A DNA stretch of 64,000 nt. Origin: an uncultured Chloroflexia bacterium (GTDB taxonomy: Bacteria > Chloroflexota > Limnocylindria > Limnocylindrales > CSP1-4). Both the position numbers and the translations under genes were made by a program. The notes beneath the pieces were generated by a model, which saw only the letters and a program-made list of their open reading frames with translations, was not told the DNA's origin and ran no database searches. Below, piece by piece: positions 42,097 through 51,271 of this stretch (positions are counted from its first letter, which is position 1; every line of letters starts with the position of its first letter). The stretch covers positions 1,200 to 65,199 of the forward strand of contig CAVRGY010000005.1 in NCBI GenBank assembly GCA_963720825.1, given 5' to 3'.

Positions 42097-42605
42097 CCGC
42101 CCTCGGCCTGTTCGATCTGCTGGTGCGGTCGTGGCGGCAGGTTGAGCATCTCCTCGGGGAACGACTCGGCCAGGTACTTGAGAATGTCGATCTGGCGCAC
42201 CACGCCGGTGAGCCTGCCGTCGTCGTCCACGACCGGGACGTTCCGATAGCGGCCCTGCTGCATCAGCACCAGCGCGTCGCGCACCGTGCCATCGACGTGG
42301 AGCGTGTGCGGGTTCGTGGTCATGTAGTCCTCGACCGGCGCATCCACGTCGACGCCGGCCGCGACGTCGGGGCCGACCAGCCGGCCGAACACGTCGCGCT
42401 CCGTGAGAACGCCGACCAGGCGGCCGTCCGCGTCGGTGATGAACACGGAATCACCGGTGCCGGTGCGCTGGATCGCGAGCAGGCAGACGGCCAGCGTCGT
42501 GCCGGGCCCGACGGTCACGGGCTCCCGGCGTCCGACGACCATGAGCGGCTCTGCCGCGAGGGCGGGAACGCGCGCCGGTCCGGCGCGCTTGATCAACTCA
42601 GCCAC
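42093..42605 (-). CDS. CBS-pair domain protein
   Basis: 170 aa with two CBS motifs (VFITDADGRLVGVLTERDV ; YRNVPVVDDDGRLTGVVRQIDI). Its stop overlaps the korA ATG as ATGA. Confidence 0.8.
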   Translation of the reverse strand: MAELIKRAGPARVPALAAEPLMVVGRREPVTVGPGTTLAVCLLAIQRTGTGDSVFITDADGRLVGVLTERDVFGRLVGPDVAAGVDVDAPVEDYMTTNPHTLHVDGTVRDALVLMQQGRYRNVPVVDDDGRLTGVVRQIDILKYLAESFPEEMLNLPPRPHQQIEQAEGG

Positions 42606-42699
42606 GGTCCCCAGTGTACGCGGAGTGCCGATACCTCGCGGCCGCGGTCAGCGCCCGCGACGGGCGGCACCGAGGTCTCCGCTTGGGTACCCTCGGCCC

Positions 42700-43692
42700 G
42701 TGGACCGAACCCGCCTCACCGGCATCGCGCTGGTCGTCGTCAGCGCCATCGCGTTCGGCTCGGGCGGCCTGTTCGCAAAGCCCGTGTATGCCACCGGGGT
42801 CGACTGGCTGACCCTGATGGCGTGGCGGTTCGCGATCGCCGGCGGCCTCGCGTGGGTCGTGCTCCTCGCGCGGCCGGCCGCACGCCGTGCGCTCGCCCGG
42901 TTGCCGCGCCGGACGATCCTCGCGACGATGGGGCTGGGCGTGCTGTACGTCGGCAACACGGCGACGTACTACGCCGGGATCCAGACCGTGCCGCTCGGGC
43001 TGTCAGCGCTGATCGTGTACCTCTATCCGCCGGTCGTCGCGGTGCTCGCGCTGCGGCTGGGCCGGCGGCTCGAGGGGCGGCGCGCATGGGCGGCGCTGGG
43101 CATCGCGGTCCTGGGCGTCCTGCTCGCGGTCGGTGGCATCGACAGCGGCAAGATGCCGCCGATCGACGGCATGATCGAGATCCTCGCGTCCCCGTTGATC
43201 TACGCGGTCTGGATCATCCTCGCCGCCCGCCTCTCCGGCGAGCGACGGGATCGTGTCGGCAAGCAGGCAGATGACGGAGCGGCCGCCTCGGCGATCGGTG
43301 CCGTGATGCTGACGTCCACGGCGACCGTGTACTGGGTGGTCACGCTCTCGATCGGGCACCCGGTGCTGCCGGCGGCGATCCCCGGCGATGCATGGCCGGG
43401 AATCATCGCGGTCGCCGTCATCGCCGGCTTCGTGCCGGTCCAGGCGTTCTATGCCGGCGCGCAGCGCCTGGGCGCCGCACAGGCAAGCCTGGTGTCCACG
43501 GTGGAGCCGTTGTGGACGATCGCGGCGGCGGCCGTCCTGTACAGCGAGCGCCTGGAACCGGTGCAGCTGGTCGGCGGGGCGCTGATCCTGGCCGGCGTGA
43601 TCCTGTCCCAGACGCACGCCCGCGGGAGTCGCGCGGGACACGATCGGCGACCGCCGTTGCCGCAGCCGATCGTGCGGCTGTCCGAGGAGTAG
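42700..43692 (+). CDS. EamA/DMT-family transporter
   Basis: GTG start inside the 429-aa ORF. It has about 10 TM helices with a duplicated EamA pattern. Confidence 0.8.
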   Translation: MDRTRLTGIALVVVSAIAFGSGGLFAKPVYATGVDWLTLMAWRFAIAGGLAWVVLLARPAARRALARLPRRTILATMGLGVLYVGNTATYYAGIQTVPLGLSALIVYLYPPVVAVLALRLGRRLEGRRAWAALGIAVLGVLLAVGGIDSGKMPPIDGMIEILASPLIYAVWIILAARLSGERRDRVGKQADDGAAASAIGAVMLTSTATVYWVVTLSIGHPVLPAAIPGDAWPGIIAVAVIAGFVPVQAFYAGAQRLGAAQASLVSTVEPLWTIAAAAVLYSERLEPVQLVGGALILAGVILSQTHARGSRAGHDRRPPLPQPIVRLSEE

Positions 43693-43706
43693 CCCGGCGC
43701 AGGCGG

Positions 43707-44507
43707 TCAGCCGAGCGCGGCGCGGGAGGCGGCGGCAGCCGCCCGGACGCCGGAGATGAGCATCCCCGAGTCCGACGCGACGCCCAGGAACCTGAACCCC
43801 TGGGCGAGCGCCGCGGGGACGGCATCCGGATCGCGCAGCAGGATCCCCGCCGACTTGCCGTGCGTCCGGCAGGCGGCCACGACACGGTCAAGCGCGGCCA
43901 CGAACGCCGGATCCTCGATCTCGCCCGGGATCCCCATCGAGTGCGACAGGTCCGCCGGGCCCACGAACAGCACGTCGACGCCGTCGATCGACGCGAGCTC
44001 GCCGGCCGCCTCCACCGCGACCATCGACTCGACCTGGAACACGCCGAGCACCTGGCCGTTGACCTCGCTCAGGGTCGGGTGGGGTCGCTGGCTGTAGCCG
44101 GCACCGCGCGTGGCCGGTGCGACACCGCGGATCCCGGCGGGCGGATAGCGCATCCAGCCGACGGTCTCGGCCACATCGGTCACGCGCTCCAGCCGCGGGA
44201 TCATCAGCCCGTCGGCACCGAGGTCCAGCGCCCGGCCGACCCGCAGCCGCTCGGCCGAGGCGACCCGCACCAGGGCGGCGGTCGGCGTGGCCTGGACGGC
44301 GAGCAGCTGCCCGTGGAGCTCCGCCTCCGAGCCCATGCCGTGCTCGAGGTCGACGATGATCCAGTCAAACCCGCCGCGGCCCAGCAGCTCCGCGGCAACC
44401 GCGGACCCGAGCGACGCGAACACGCCGATGGTCGCCTCGCCGGCGAGCACGCGATGCCGCAGCGCCGCGCGCGGCGGGATGAGCTCGAGACCGGTCGGAT
44501 CGGACAT
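43707..44507 (-). CDS. HpcH/HpaI-family aldolase
   Basis: Reads FDWIIVDLEHG, GLMIPRLE, QVESMVAVEAAGELASIDGVDVLFVGPADLS. Confidence 0.85.
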   Translation of the reverse strand: MSDPTGLELIPPRAALRHRVLAGEATIGVFASLGSAVAAELLGRGGFDWIIVDLEHGMGSEAELHGQLLAVQATPTAALVRVASAERLRVGRALDLGADGLMIPRLERVTDVAETVGWMRYPPAGIRGVAPATRGAGYSQRPHPTLSEVNGQVLGVFQVESMVAVEAAGELASIDGVDVLFVGPADLSHSMGIPGEIEDPAFVAALDRVVAACRTHGKSAGILLRDPDAVPAALAQGFRFLGVASDSGMLISGVRAAAAASRAALG

Positions 44508-44532
44508 GGCCTGATGATGCCGCAACCGCAGG

Positions 44533-45652
44533 TCAGCCGTTGCGGCCCCGCGCGTCGACCGCCCAGTGCTCCGCGCGCCCGTCCGGCTGGACCGCGACGA
44601 ACGAGGCCACGAGATCGACCACGGGGCAGATGTGGTTCGGGACGATCGCGATCACGTCACCCAGCGCCGGACCGGCGGTCGTGGCCGGCAGGGATACGAC
44701 GCCGTGATAGTCGTTGACGCGCTCGATCACGGCACCCGGCCACCGGGCGAGGAGCCCGTAGCCCTCCACGAACGAGGGCAGGTCCTTGGTCAGCGCCTTG
44801 GCCCCGGCGTCGAGCACGACCCGCTCGCGGCCGGCCGAGACAACGGTCGTCGCGACCACGGCCGCGATGCCGTCGGCGTCGATCGCGTCGAGGGCCCACT
44901 GCTGGCGATCGCCGAGCACGTACGTTCCGGCGCGGATCTCGTTGACCCGTCCCTGCGCCGCGAGCGTCCGGGTCGGGGTCGACCCCGCGCTGATCGTCCG
45001 GACCTCGAACCCGGCGGCCTCCAGCGCCCGCGTTCCGGCCTCGAGCGTGGTCGACTCGTCGAGCGCGGCCGCACCCGCGGCACCGGGTCGGTAGCCATGC
45101 CCGCCGTGCGTGAACACGCCCTCGATCTCGAGGCCCGCCCGGCTGGCGGCGATCGCCACCTGGACGGCGTCACCGGGGGTCGCGACGCCCGTCCGGTGAC
45201 CGCCCGAGTCGAGCTCGACGAGCACCCGCAGCCGGCGGCGAGATCCGCGGACCGCTGCCGCCAGCCGCTCCGCGCCGGCCGCCGAATCGACGCCGACGCG
45301 CACGTCCGACGCGTCGTGGAGCGCACGCAGCCGGGCAGCCTTGGGGCCGTCGGCCCAGACCGGGTAGGCGATGAACAGGTCCCGCAGGCCGGCCAGCGCG
45401 AACACCTCGGCCTCGCCCAGCGTGCCGACCGTCAGCCCGGCGGCCCCGGCCTCGAGCTGCATCCGTGCGATGCGGACGCTCTTGTGGGTCTTGGCGTGCG
45501 GCCGCAGCCGAACGCCGCGGGCATCGAGCGTCGCCTGGAGCCGCTCGATGTTCGCCTGCAACCCGGTCCACGAACACCACCAGGGCGGGGGTGTCGAGCC
45601 CCGGCGGGAGCGCGGGCAGCGGGATCGGCTGGGGCGGACGGACATCGGGCAC
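44533..45652 (-). pseudogene. PLP-dependent D-threonine-aldolase / D-serine-dehydratase-like enzyme (alanine racemase N-terminal fold); one frame change
   Basis: LDTPALVVFVDR is in one frame. LQANIERLQATLDARGVRLRPHAKTHKS...(PLP lysine) is in the next. The shift is at the run 45562-45564. Confidence 0.72.
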
Positions 45653-45742
45653 GCCGGCAGGATACGCGTCGTGCGCCGCCGCCTTGCGCCGGGTCTGCGC
45701 TTCGGGCAAGGTGACGGGGTCCAGCCACAGCCCGGAGGGTCC

Positions 45743-46123
45743 ATGTCCCGGAGCGTCCTCATCGTCGACGACGAGCAGCACATCCGGCTGCTGATCGAGC
45801 AGGCGCTCGAGGACCTGGTGGACGACGGCGTGGAGCTGTACACGGCGGCCGACGGCGACGAGGCACTCGACGTCATCCGCGCGCAGCGCCCCGACCTCGT
45901 GTTCCTGGACGTGATGATGCCGCGCCGCAACGGCCTCGACGTGTGCCGCGCCGTCCGGGGCGAGCTCGGCATGCACGAACCGCACATCGTGCTGCTCACC
46001 GCGAAGGGCCAGGCCGACGACCAGGACGCCGGCATCGCCGCGGGCGCCAACCGCTACCTGACCAAGCCGTTCGACCCCGATGAGCTCATGACGATCGCGC
46101 GCGAGGTCCTCGGCGCGGCATGA
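45743..46123 (+). CDS. single-domain response regulator (receiver)
   Basis: Reads VLIVDDEQHIRLL...PDLVFLDVMMP...LLTAKG...YLTKPF. Confidence 0.85.
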   Translation: MSRSVLIVDDEQHIRLLIEQALEDLVDDGVELYTAADGDEALDVIRAQRPDLVFLDVMMPRRNGLDVCRAVRGELGMHEPHIVLLTAKGQADDQDAGIAAGANRYLTKPFDPDELMTIAREVLGAA

Positions 46124-46906
46124 CCGAGCTGCGCCGCCTCATCGTCCGGCACCGGCACGTCGCGCCCATGGTGTCGGCGCTGCTCGCCGGAATGGACGCC
46201 GGGGTCCGGATCCTCGACGCGGAGGGCGAGGTGGTCCTCGAGCGTGCGGGCGCGGGAGCCGGCGAGGCGCCGGCACGCGGTGACCGTGGACGGCGAGACG
46301 CTGGGCTGGGTCGAGGGCGGGCGCACCGCCCGCGGCGTCGCGGCCGTGCTGTCGTACGCGGCGGCGCGGGAGCGTGACAAGCGGGCGCTCGCGACCGAGG
46401 CGCTGGAGCGGTACCGCGAGCTGTCGCTGATCTACGACCTCGCGGCGATCATCGGCGGCCACACCGATCTCGAGCCGATCGTCGACACGGCGGTCGCCGA
46501 GCTGTCGCGGCTGCCCGGCGACGCCCGGGGGTTCCTGCTGCTGGCCGATGCGGACGGCACGCTTCGGCCCCCGGACGGCGTCGAGGCCGGCGACGGGCCC
46601 GTGGTGGCCGGCAGGATCGGAGATGGGATCGTGGGCACGGTCGCCGCATCGGGGTCTGCGGAGGTGGTCGAGGACGTCGCGTCAGATCCGCGGGCGAACG
46701 ACGCCGAGCGTCGGGCGGACACGGTGGTCGCGGCACCGCTGCTTGCCGACGGCCGGACGATCGGGGTCGTCGGCGCCACCGGGACCGGCGGCGCGTTCCG
46801 GGCCGCCGACCTCAAGGTGGTGACGGCCATTGCGGCCCTCGCCGGACCGGCGATCGGCCGGGCGCTGGCGGCCGGCGCAGGAACGGCGCGCGGAGCCAAC
46901 CGCTGA
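46120..46906 (+). pseudogene. GAF-domain protein, one frame change near the N-terminus
   Basis: The ATG overlaps the receiver stop as ATGA. The frame changes at about 46270 (..AGAGAGEA / RHAVTVDGETLGWVEGG). A GAF-like region follows (RGFLLLADADGTLRPP...IVGTVAASG...AAPLLADGRTIGVVGA). Confidence 0.6.
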
Positions 46907-46950
46907 GCTTCCGCGCCGAACGGTCGGCTCCGATCCCGCGGGGGCGCCGC

Positions 46951-48369
46951 GTGCCCGGTGGCGGCGAGGGAGCCGTGCCGGTGGAGGAGGACCTGCGGCG
47001 GCGTCTCGCCGAGCTGTCGGGCATCAATGCGATCGGGATCGCGCTCGGATCGACGCTGGACCTCGAAACGCTGGTCGATCGCGGGCTGGCCGAGATCGTC
47101 GGGCGCCTCGGCTTCTCGCGTGGGCTGATGGCACTGGTTGACCCGGCCGCCGGCAGCGTCGGTGACTGCCGCGTTGCGGGCGGCCCGCCGGGTGTCGGGC
47201 TGCTGGTCGCGGAGCTGCAGGTGGCCATCGATGACCGGGATGCCGCGCTGGCACGCGTGGCGCGGGCCGACGGTCCGCTGCTGTTCCACGACGCGGACCA
47301 CGATGCCGACGAGGCAACCAGGCGGCTCGCGGCGGTGCTCGGCGCGACTGGCTTCATGGGCACGCCGATGGTCACCCAGGGGCGGGTCGTGGGCGTGCTG
47401 CTCGTCGACGACCGCCGCGAGGGCCGGGCCCTGGAGCCGACGGACGGGCCGCTCCTGTACACGGTCGGCTCACTGTTCGCCGGCGCGATCGAGTCCGCCC
47501 GGCTGTACGCGCAGCTCGAGGCGCAGAACCGCGCCCTCGAGGGCAAGGTCGCCGAGCGGACCCGGAACCTCGTCCAGGCGATGGCCGAGGCGCAGGAGGC
47601 GCGCGCGGCGGCGGAGTCGGCGAACGACGCCAAGAGCCGGTTCCTTGCCAACATCTCGCACGAGCTGCGGACGCCGCTCACGTCCGTCGTCGGCTTTGCG
47701 AAGCTGAGCCGGAGGCGCCTCGAGGAGGTGGTGGCTCCCGTGGTCCCGCTGGACGAGCCGAAGGTCGAGCGCGCGCTGCGGCAGGTCCGGGAGAACCTCG
47801 GGATCATCGCCGCCGAGGGCGACCGGCTCACGGTGCTGATCAACGATCTGCTCGACCTCGCCAAGATCGAGGCCGGGCGGCTCGAGTGGCGCATGGCGCG
47901 GATCCAGCTGGAGGACGTCGTGCGCCAGGGGCTCGCCGCGACGGCCTCGCTGTTCGAGGTGAGCGGGCTGACGCCCGAGGTCGTGGTCGCGGACGGCCTG
48001 CCCGCCATCGACGGCGATCGCGACCGGCTGGTCCAGGTGCTCATCAACCTCGTATCCAACGCGGTCAAGTTCACGCCGGCCGGAACGATCGGGGTGCGGG
48101 TGGCGCCGGATGGCGACCAGGTCCGGGTCGAGGTGACGGACTCGGGTCGCGGGATCCCGGACGCCGACCTGGAGCGGATCTTCGAGCCGTTCCGCCAGGC
48201 GTCGGACACGCTTGCCGACGGACCCAAGGGCACCGGCCTTGGCCTGCCGATCTCGAAGCAGATCGTCGAGGCGCATGGCGGGACGATGGGTGTCTCGTCG
48301 GTCGTGGGTGCCGGCAGCACATTCTGGTTCCGCATCCCTGCCGCGAATGTGGTGGACGCGACGACCTGA
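46951..48369 (+). CDS. GAF-sensor histidine kinase
   Basis: It has a GAF region, a coiled coil, the H-box SRFLANISHELRTPLTSV, the N-box LINLVSNAVKFT and the G-boxes DSGRGI / GTGLGLPISK. Confidence 0.9.
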   Translation: MPGGGEGAVPVEEDLRRRLAELSGINAIGIALGSTLDLETLVDRGLAEIVGRLGFSRGLMALVDPAAGSVGDCRVAGGPPGVGLLVAELQVAIDDRDAALARVARADGPLLFHDADHDADEATRRLAAVLGATGFMGTPMVTQGRVVGVLLVDDRREGRALEPTDGPLLYTVGSLFAGAIESARLYAQLEAQNRALEGKVAERTRNLVQAMAEAQEARAAAESANDAKSRFLANISHELRTPLTSVVGFAKLSRRRLEEVVAPVVPLDEPKVERALRQVRENLGIIAAEGDRLTVLINDLLDLAKIEAGRLEWRMARIQLEDVVRQGLAATASLFEVSGLTPEVVVADGLPAIDGDRDRLVQVLINLVSNAVKFTPAGTIGVRVAPDGDQVRVEVTDSGRGIPDADLERIFEPFRQASDTLADGPKGTGLGLPISKQIVEAHGGTMGVSSVVGAGSTFWFRIPAANVVDATT

Positions 48370-48559
48370 GTCGCGGTCCTTCCCCGTGGCGCTTCACGGT
48401 TCCGGCCGGCCCACCGGCGGCGGTGCGGCGCCGCAACTCCGCCTTAAGGCAGGCGGGTACCAGTACCAATGGGTCATTCCTCCTGGTACCGCGCAGCGCG
48501 TACGTTCGTTTCCTCCTCGTGAGGGGCCTACCTCGCACTCGTCTGAAGAGGGAATCATC

Positions 48560-48658
48560 ATGAAGCCCACGCTCAAGTGGTACGCGCACCGCGCCACGCT
48601 CTTCCTCGGCAGCCTCGCCGCGTTCGCCTTCGTGATCAACGGCGCCAAGCGCTGGTAG
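48560..48658 (+). CDS. 32-aa hydrophobic microprotein ending in GAKRW (copy 1)
   Basis: MKPTLKWYAHRATLFLGSLAAFAFVINGAKRW. All 32 codons end in G or C. GAGGGA lies 6 nt upstream of the ATG. A paralogue is at 54450-54548. Confidence 0.55.
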   Translation: MKPTLKWYAHRATLFLGSLAAFAFVINGAKRW

Positions 48659-48682
48659 GCATCCGCCTCACCGCCGAGGCCT

Positions 48683-48710
48683 GAGCCGTCGGGGGCCCAC
48701 CCGGCGGCTC
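48683..48710 (+). terminator. hairpin downstream of the microprotein gene
   Basis: gagccgtcggg / ggccca / cccggcggctc forms an 11-bp stem with one G-U pair and is followed by ttggatt. It sits between convergent genes. Confidence 0.45.
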
Positions 48711-48792
48711 TTGGATTCCCGGGACGGCGCTTCGACCGGTCGGGCGGGCTCGGTCAGCCGGGGCGGGCTCGGTCCGCTGCGACGGCGCTCGG

Positions 48793-49743
48793 TCAGCCCC
48801 GGCCCCGCTCCCGCCACAGGTTCCGGATCAGGAACGACACATTGGCCGGGCGCTCCGCCAGGCGGCGCATGAAATATGGGTACCACTTGTCCCCGAACGG
48901 GACGTAGACCCGCACGGTCCAGCCGGAGGCCACGAGCTGCTCCTGCAGGTCGCGCCGCACGCCGTACAGCATCTGGAACTCGAATGCGTCGCGCGCGATC
49001 CCCTCGGCCGTCGCAACCTCGATCGCCCGCTTGATCAGCCGCACGTCGTGGGTGGCGATGGCCGGGTACCGTCCGGCGCGCATCAGGCGGAGCATCAGCG
49101 TCTCGTACGAGGCGTCGACCTCGGCCTTGTCCTGGAACGCCACGCCGGCGGGCTCCTTGTACGCGCCCTTGCACAGACGGACGCGGCCACCGGCTGCGAT
49201 GACCGCCTCCACGTCGCCGGCCGTGCGCCGCAGCGCGGACTGGAGCACCAGCCCGACGTCGGCGGCCGGGGACGCCGCCCCGCCACCTCCGGTGTCCGCC
49301 GGCCGGACATCCCGCCACAGCGCGAGCGTGTCGTCGGTGGTCGTGTGATCCTCCATGTCGATCCGCACGAAGGCGCCGGTCTCGGTGGCCCTGGCAACGA
49401 TGGCGCCGATGTTCTCGCGGGCCAGGGCAGGGTCGAGCGCGAGACCCATCTGGCTGGGCTTGAGCGACACATTGCGGTCGAGGTCACGCGCCGCGAGCGC
49501 GTCGAGCGTGTCCAGGTACCGTCGAGCGGCCGCGCGCGCGTCCTCTGCGCGGGTGACCGATTCGCCGAGCACGTCGACCGTCGTCCGCATCCCCTGCGCG
49601 TGCAGGCGCTCGATCGCGGGCAGGACCTCGTCCAGCGTCTCGCCGGCGACGAACCGGCGGACCATCGGGCGGGTGATCGGAATGCGGGTCGCGAGCCGGC
49701 CGAGGGACCGGCGGTGGGAGAGGCTGAGGAGCGTGGAGCGCAT
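48793..49743 (-). CDS. proline dehydrogenase
   Basis: Reads RRFVAGETLDEVLPAIERLHAQGMRTTVDVLGE ... ATHD ... FEFQMLYGVRRDLQ ... VRVYVPFG..WYPYFMRRLAERPAN. Start chosen at MRSTLL. Confidence 0.85.
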   Translation of the reverse strand: MRSTLLSLSHRRSLGRLATRIPITRPMVRRFVAGETLDEVLPAIERLHAQGMRTTVDVLGESVTRAEDARAAARRYLDTLDALAARDLDRNVSLKPSQMGLALDPALARENIGAIVARATETGAFVRIDMEDHTTTDDTLALWRDVRPADTGGGGAASPAADVGLVLQSALRRTAGDVEAVIAAGGRVRLCKGAYKEPAGVAFQDKAEVDASYETLMLRLMRAGRYPAIATHDVRLIKRAIEVATAEGIARDAFEFQMLYGVRRDLQEQLVASGWTVRVYVPFGDKWYPYFMRRLAERPANVSFLIRNLWRERGRG

Positions 49744-49872
49744 CACGCGCTCGGCGAGGTCGCTCACTGTCCGCTGGTGTCCATCCGGGCGAGGATATCG
49801 CGGAGTCGGCGCACCGAAAGGGAGCATGGACGCTAAATTCCGGGCCATGCGGTCCTCTCGATCTCGCCCGCG

Positions 49873-50364
49873 ATGACGGTCCCCGACCTCGGCTCCGGCG
49901 TCCTCGAGGTGGTGGCGCGGACCGCGATCATCTACCTGGCGATCGTCATCCTGCTCCGCATCGCGGGCAAGCGGGAGGTGGCCCAGCTGTCGCTGCTCGA
50001 CTTCGTGCTCCTGCTGCTCATCGCGAACGGCGTCCAGAACGCGATGGTCGGGTCCAACGTCACGGTCATCGGCGGCCTCACGGCCGCGGTGACGCTGGTC
50101 GTGATCGATCGCGGGCTGGGTGAGCTGCGCAATCGCTCGACCTGGTTCCGGAGGACCGTGGAGGGGGAGCCGCGGCTGCTGATCCGGGACGGGGTGGCCC
50201 TGCGCCGCGCGATGCGCGAGGAAGCGATCAGCGAAGCGGAGCTGCTGTCGGCTCTCCGCCAGCACGGACTGCTCCGGATCAACCAGGCGGCGCTCGCGGT
50301 GCTAGAGACGAACGGCACGATCAGCGTGATCCCGAAGACGGACGGCACGCCACCGGCCGGTTAG
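49873..50364 (+). CDS. DUF421 (YetF-like) membrane protein
   Basis: Reads RTAIIYLAIVILLRIAGKREVAQLSLLDFVLLLLIANGVQNAM. Confidence 0.75.
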   Translation: MTVPDLGSGVLEVVARTAIIYLAIVILLRIAGKREVAQLSLLDFVLLLLIANGVQNAMVGSNVTVIGGLTAAVTLVVIDRGLGELRNRSTWFRRTVEGEPRLLIRDGVALRRAMREEAISEAELLSALRQHGLLRINQAALAVLETNGTISVIPKTDGTPPAG

Positions 50365-51239
50365 CCGGCTGACCGACGGTTGCGGGGCTTTGCGGGTGGG
50401 TCCGCGACCTGCGCCTCGATCTGGTCCCCAAGCTCGACCGTGCGCCGGTAGGCCGCCCAGACCGCCTCGCTCAGGACGGTGCGCAACCGGCCGGACTCGA
50501 GCTCGTGGATCGCGGCCGCGCTGGTTCCGGCGGGCGAGGTGACCATGTTGCGCAGCACGGCCGGGTGATCGCCGGATTGCTTCGCGAACCGGGTGCTGCC
50601 CTCGAGCGTCTCGATCACGAGGTCGTGCGCGATGTGACGCGGGAAGCCGAGGTGGACGGCCGCGTCGATCAGCGCCTCCATGACCAGGAACACGTATGCG
50701 GGTCCGGTGCCCGAGACCGCGGTCGCCATCGCGACCCAGCGCTCGTCGTCGACCTCGAGCTCGGCGCCGAGCGCACCCAGCAACGCCTCAGCCTGGGCCC
50801 GCTGGTCGGCGGTCGTCGCGGGGGTTGCGTACCACACGGTCATGCCGTTGCCGATCCGGGCCGGCGTGTTGGGCATCGCCCGGACGACCTGGTCGTGGGC
50901 CAGCGTCGCCGTCAACGCCCGGGTTGTCGGGCCCGCGAGCACCGACAGCACGAGCTGGCCTGCCTTGAGGTGCGGCCCGATCTCGCGTCCCACGCGGGCG
51001 AGCATCTGCGGCTTGACCGCCAGGATGACCACGTCCGCGCCGGACACCGCCTCGACGTTCGAGGCGACGGTCCGGATGCCGTGCGTGCCGGACAGCGAGT
51101 CGCGGCGCTCGGCGCGCGGATGGCTGGCGATCACCTGGTCCGGCGTGACCAGCTTGCCGCGGAGCAGCCCGACGATCATCGCCTCGGCCATGACGCCCGA
51201 GCCGACGGTGGCGATCGTCCGATTCGCGAGGGGTGACAT
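50361..51239 (-). CDS. proC: pyrroline-5-carboxylate reductase
   Basis: Reads IATVGSGVMAEAMI, VVILAVKPQ, RAMPNTPA and SPAGTSAAAIHELE. Confidence 0.9.
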   Translation of the reverse strand: MSPLANRTIATVGSGVMAEAMIVGLLRGKLVTPDQVIASHPRAERRDSLSGTHGIRTVASNVEAVSGADVVILAVKPQMLARVGREIGPHLKAGQLVLSVLAGPTTRALTATLAHDQVVRAMPNTPARIGNGMTVWYATPATTADQRAQAEALLGALGAELEVDDERWVAMATAVSGTGPAYVFLVMEALIDAAVHLGFPRHIAHDLVIETLEGSTRFAKQSGDHPAVLRNMVTSPAGTSAAAIHELESGRLRTVLSEAVWAAYRRTVELGDQIEAQVADPPAKPRNRRSAG

Positions 51240-51271
51240 CGCGCCGGAGGATAGCACCGGGCTCGCGCCGC

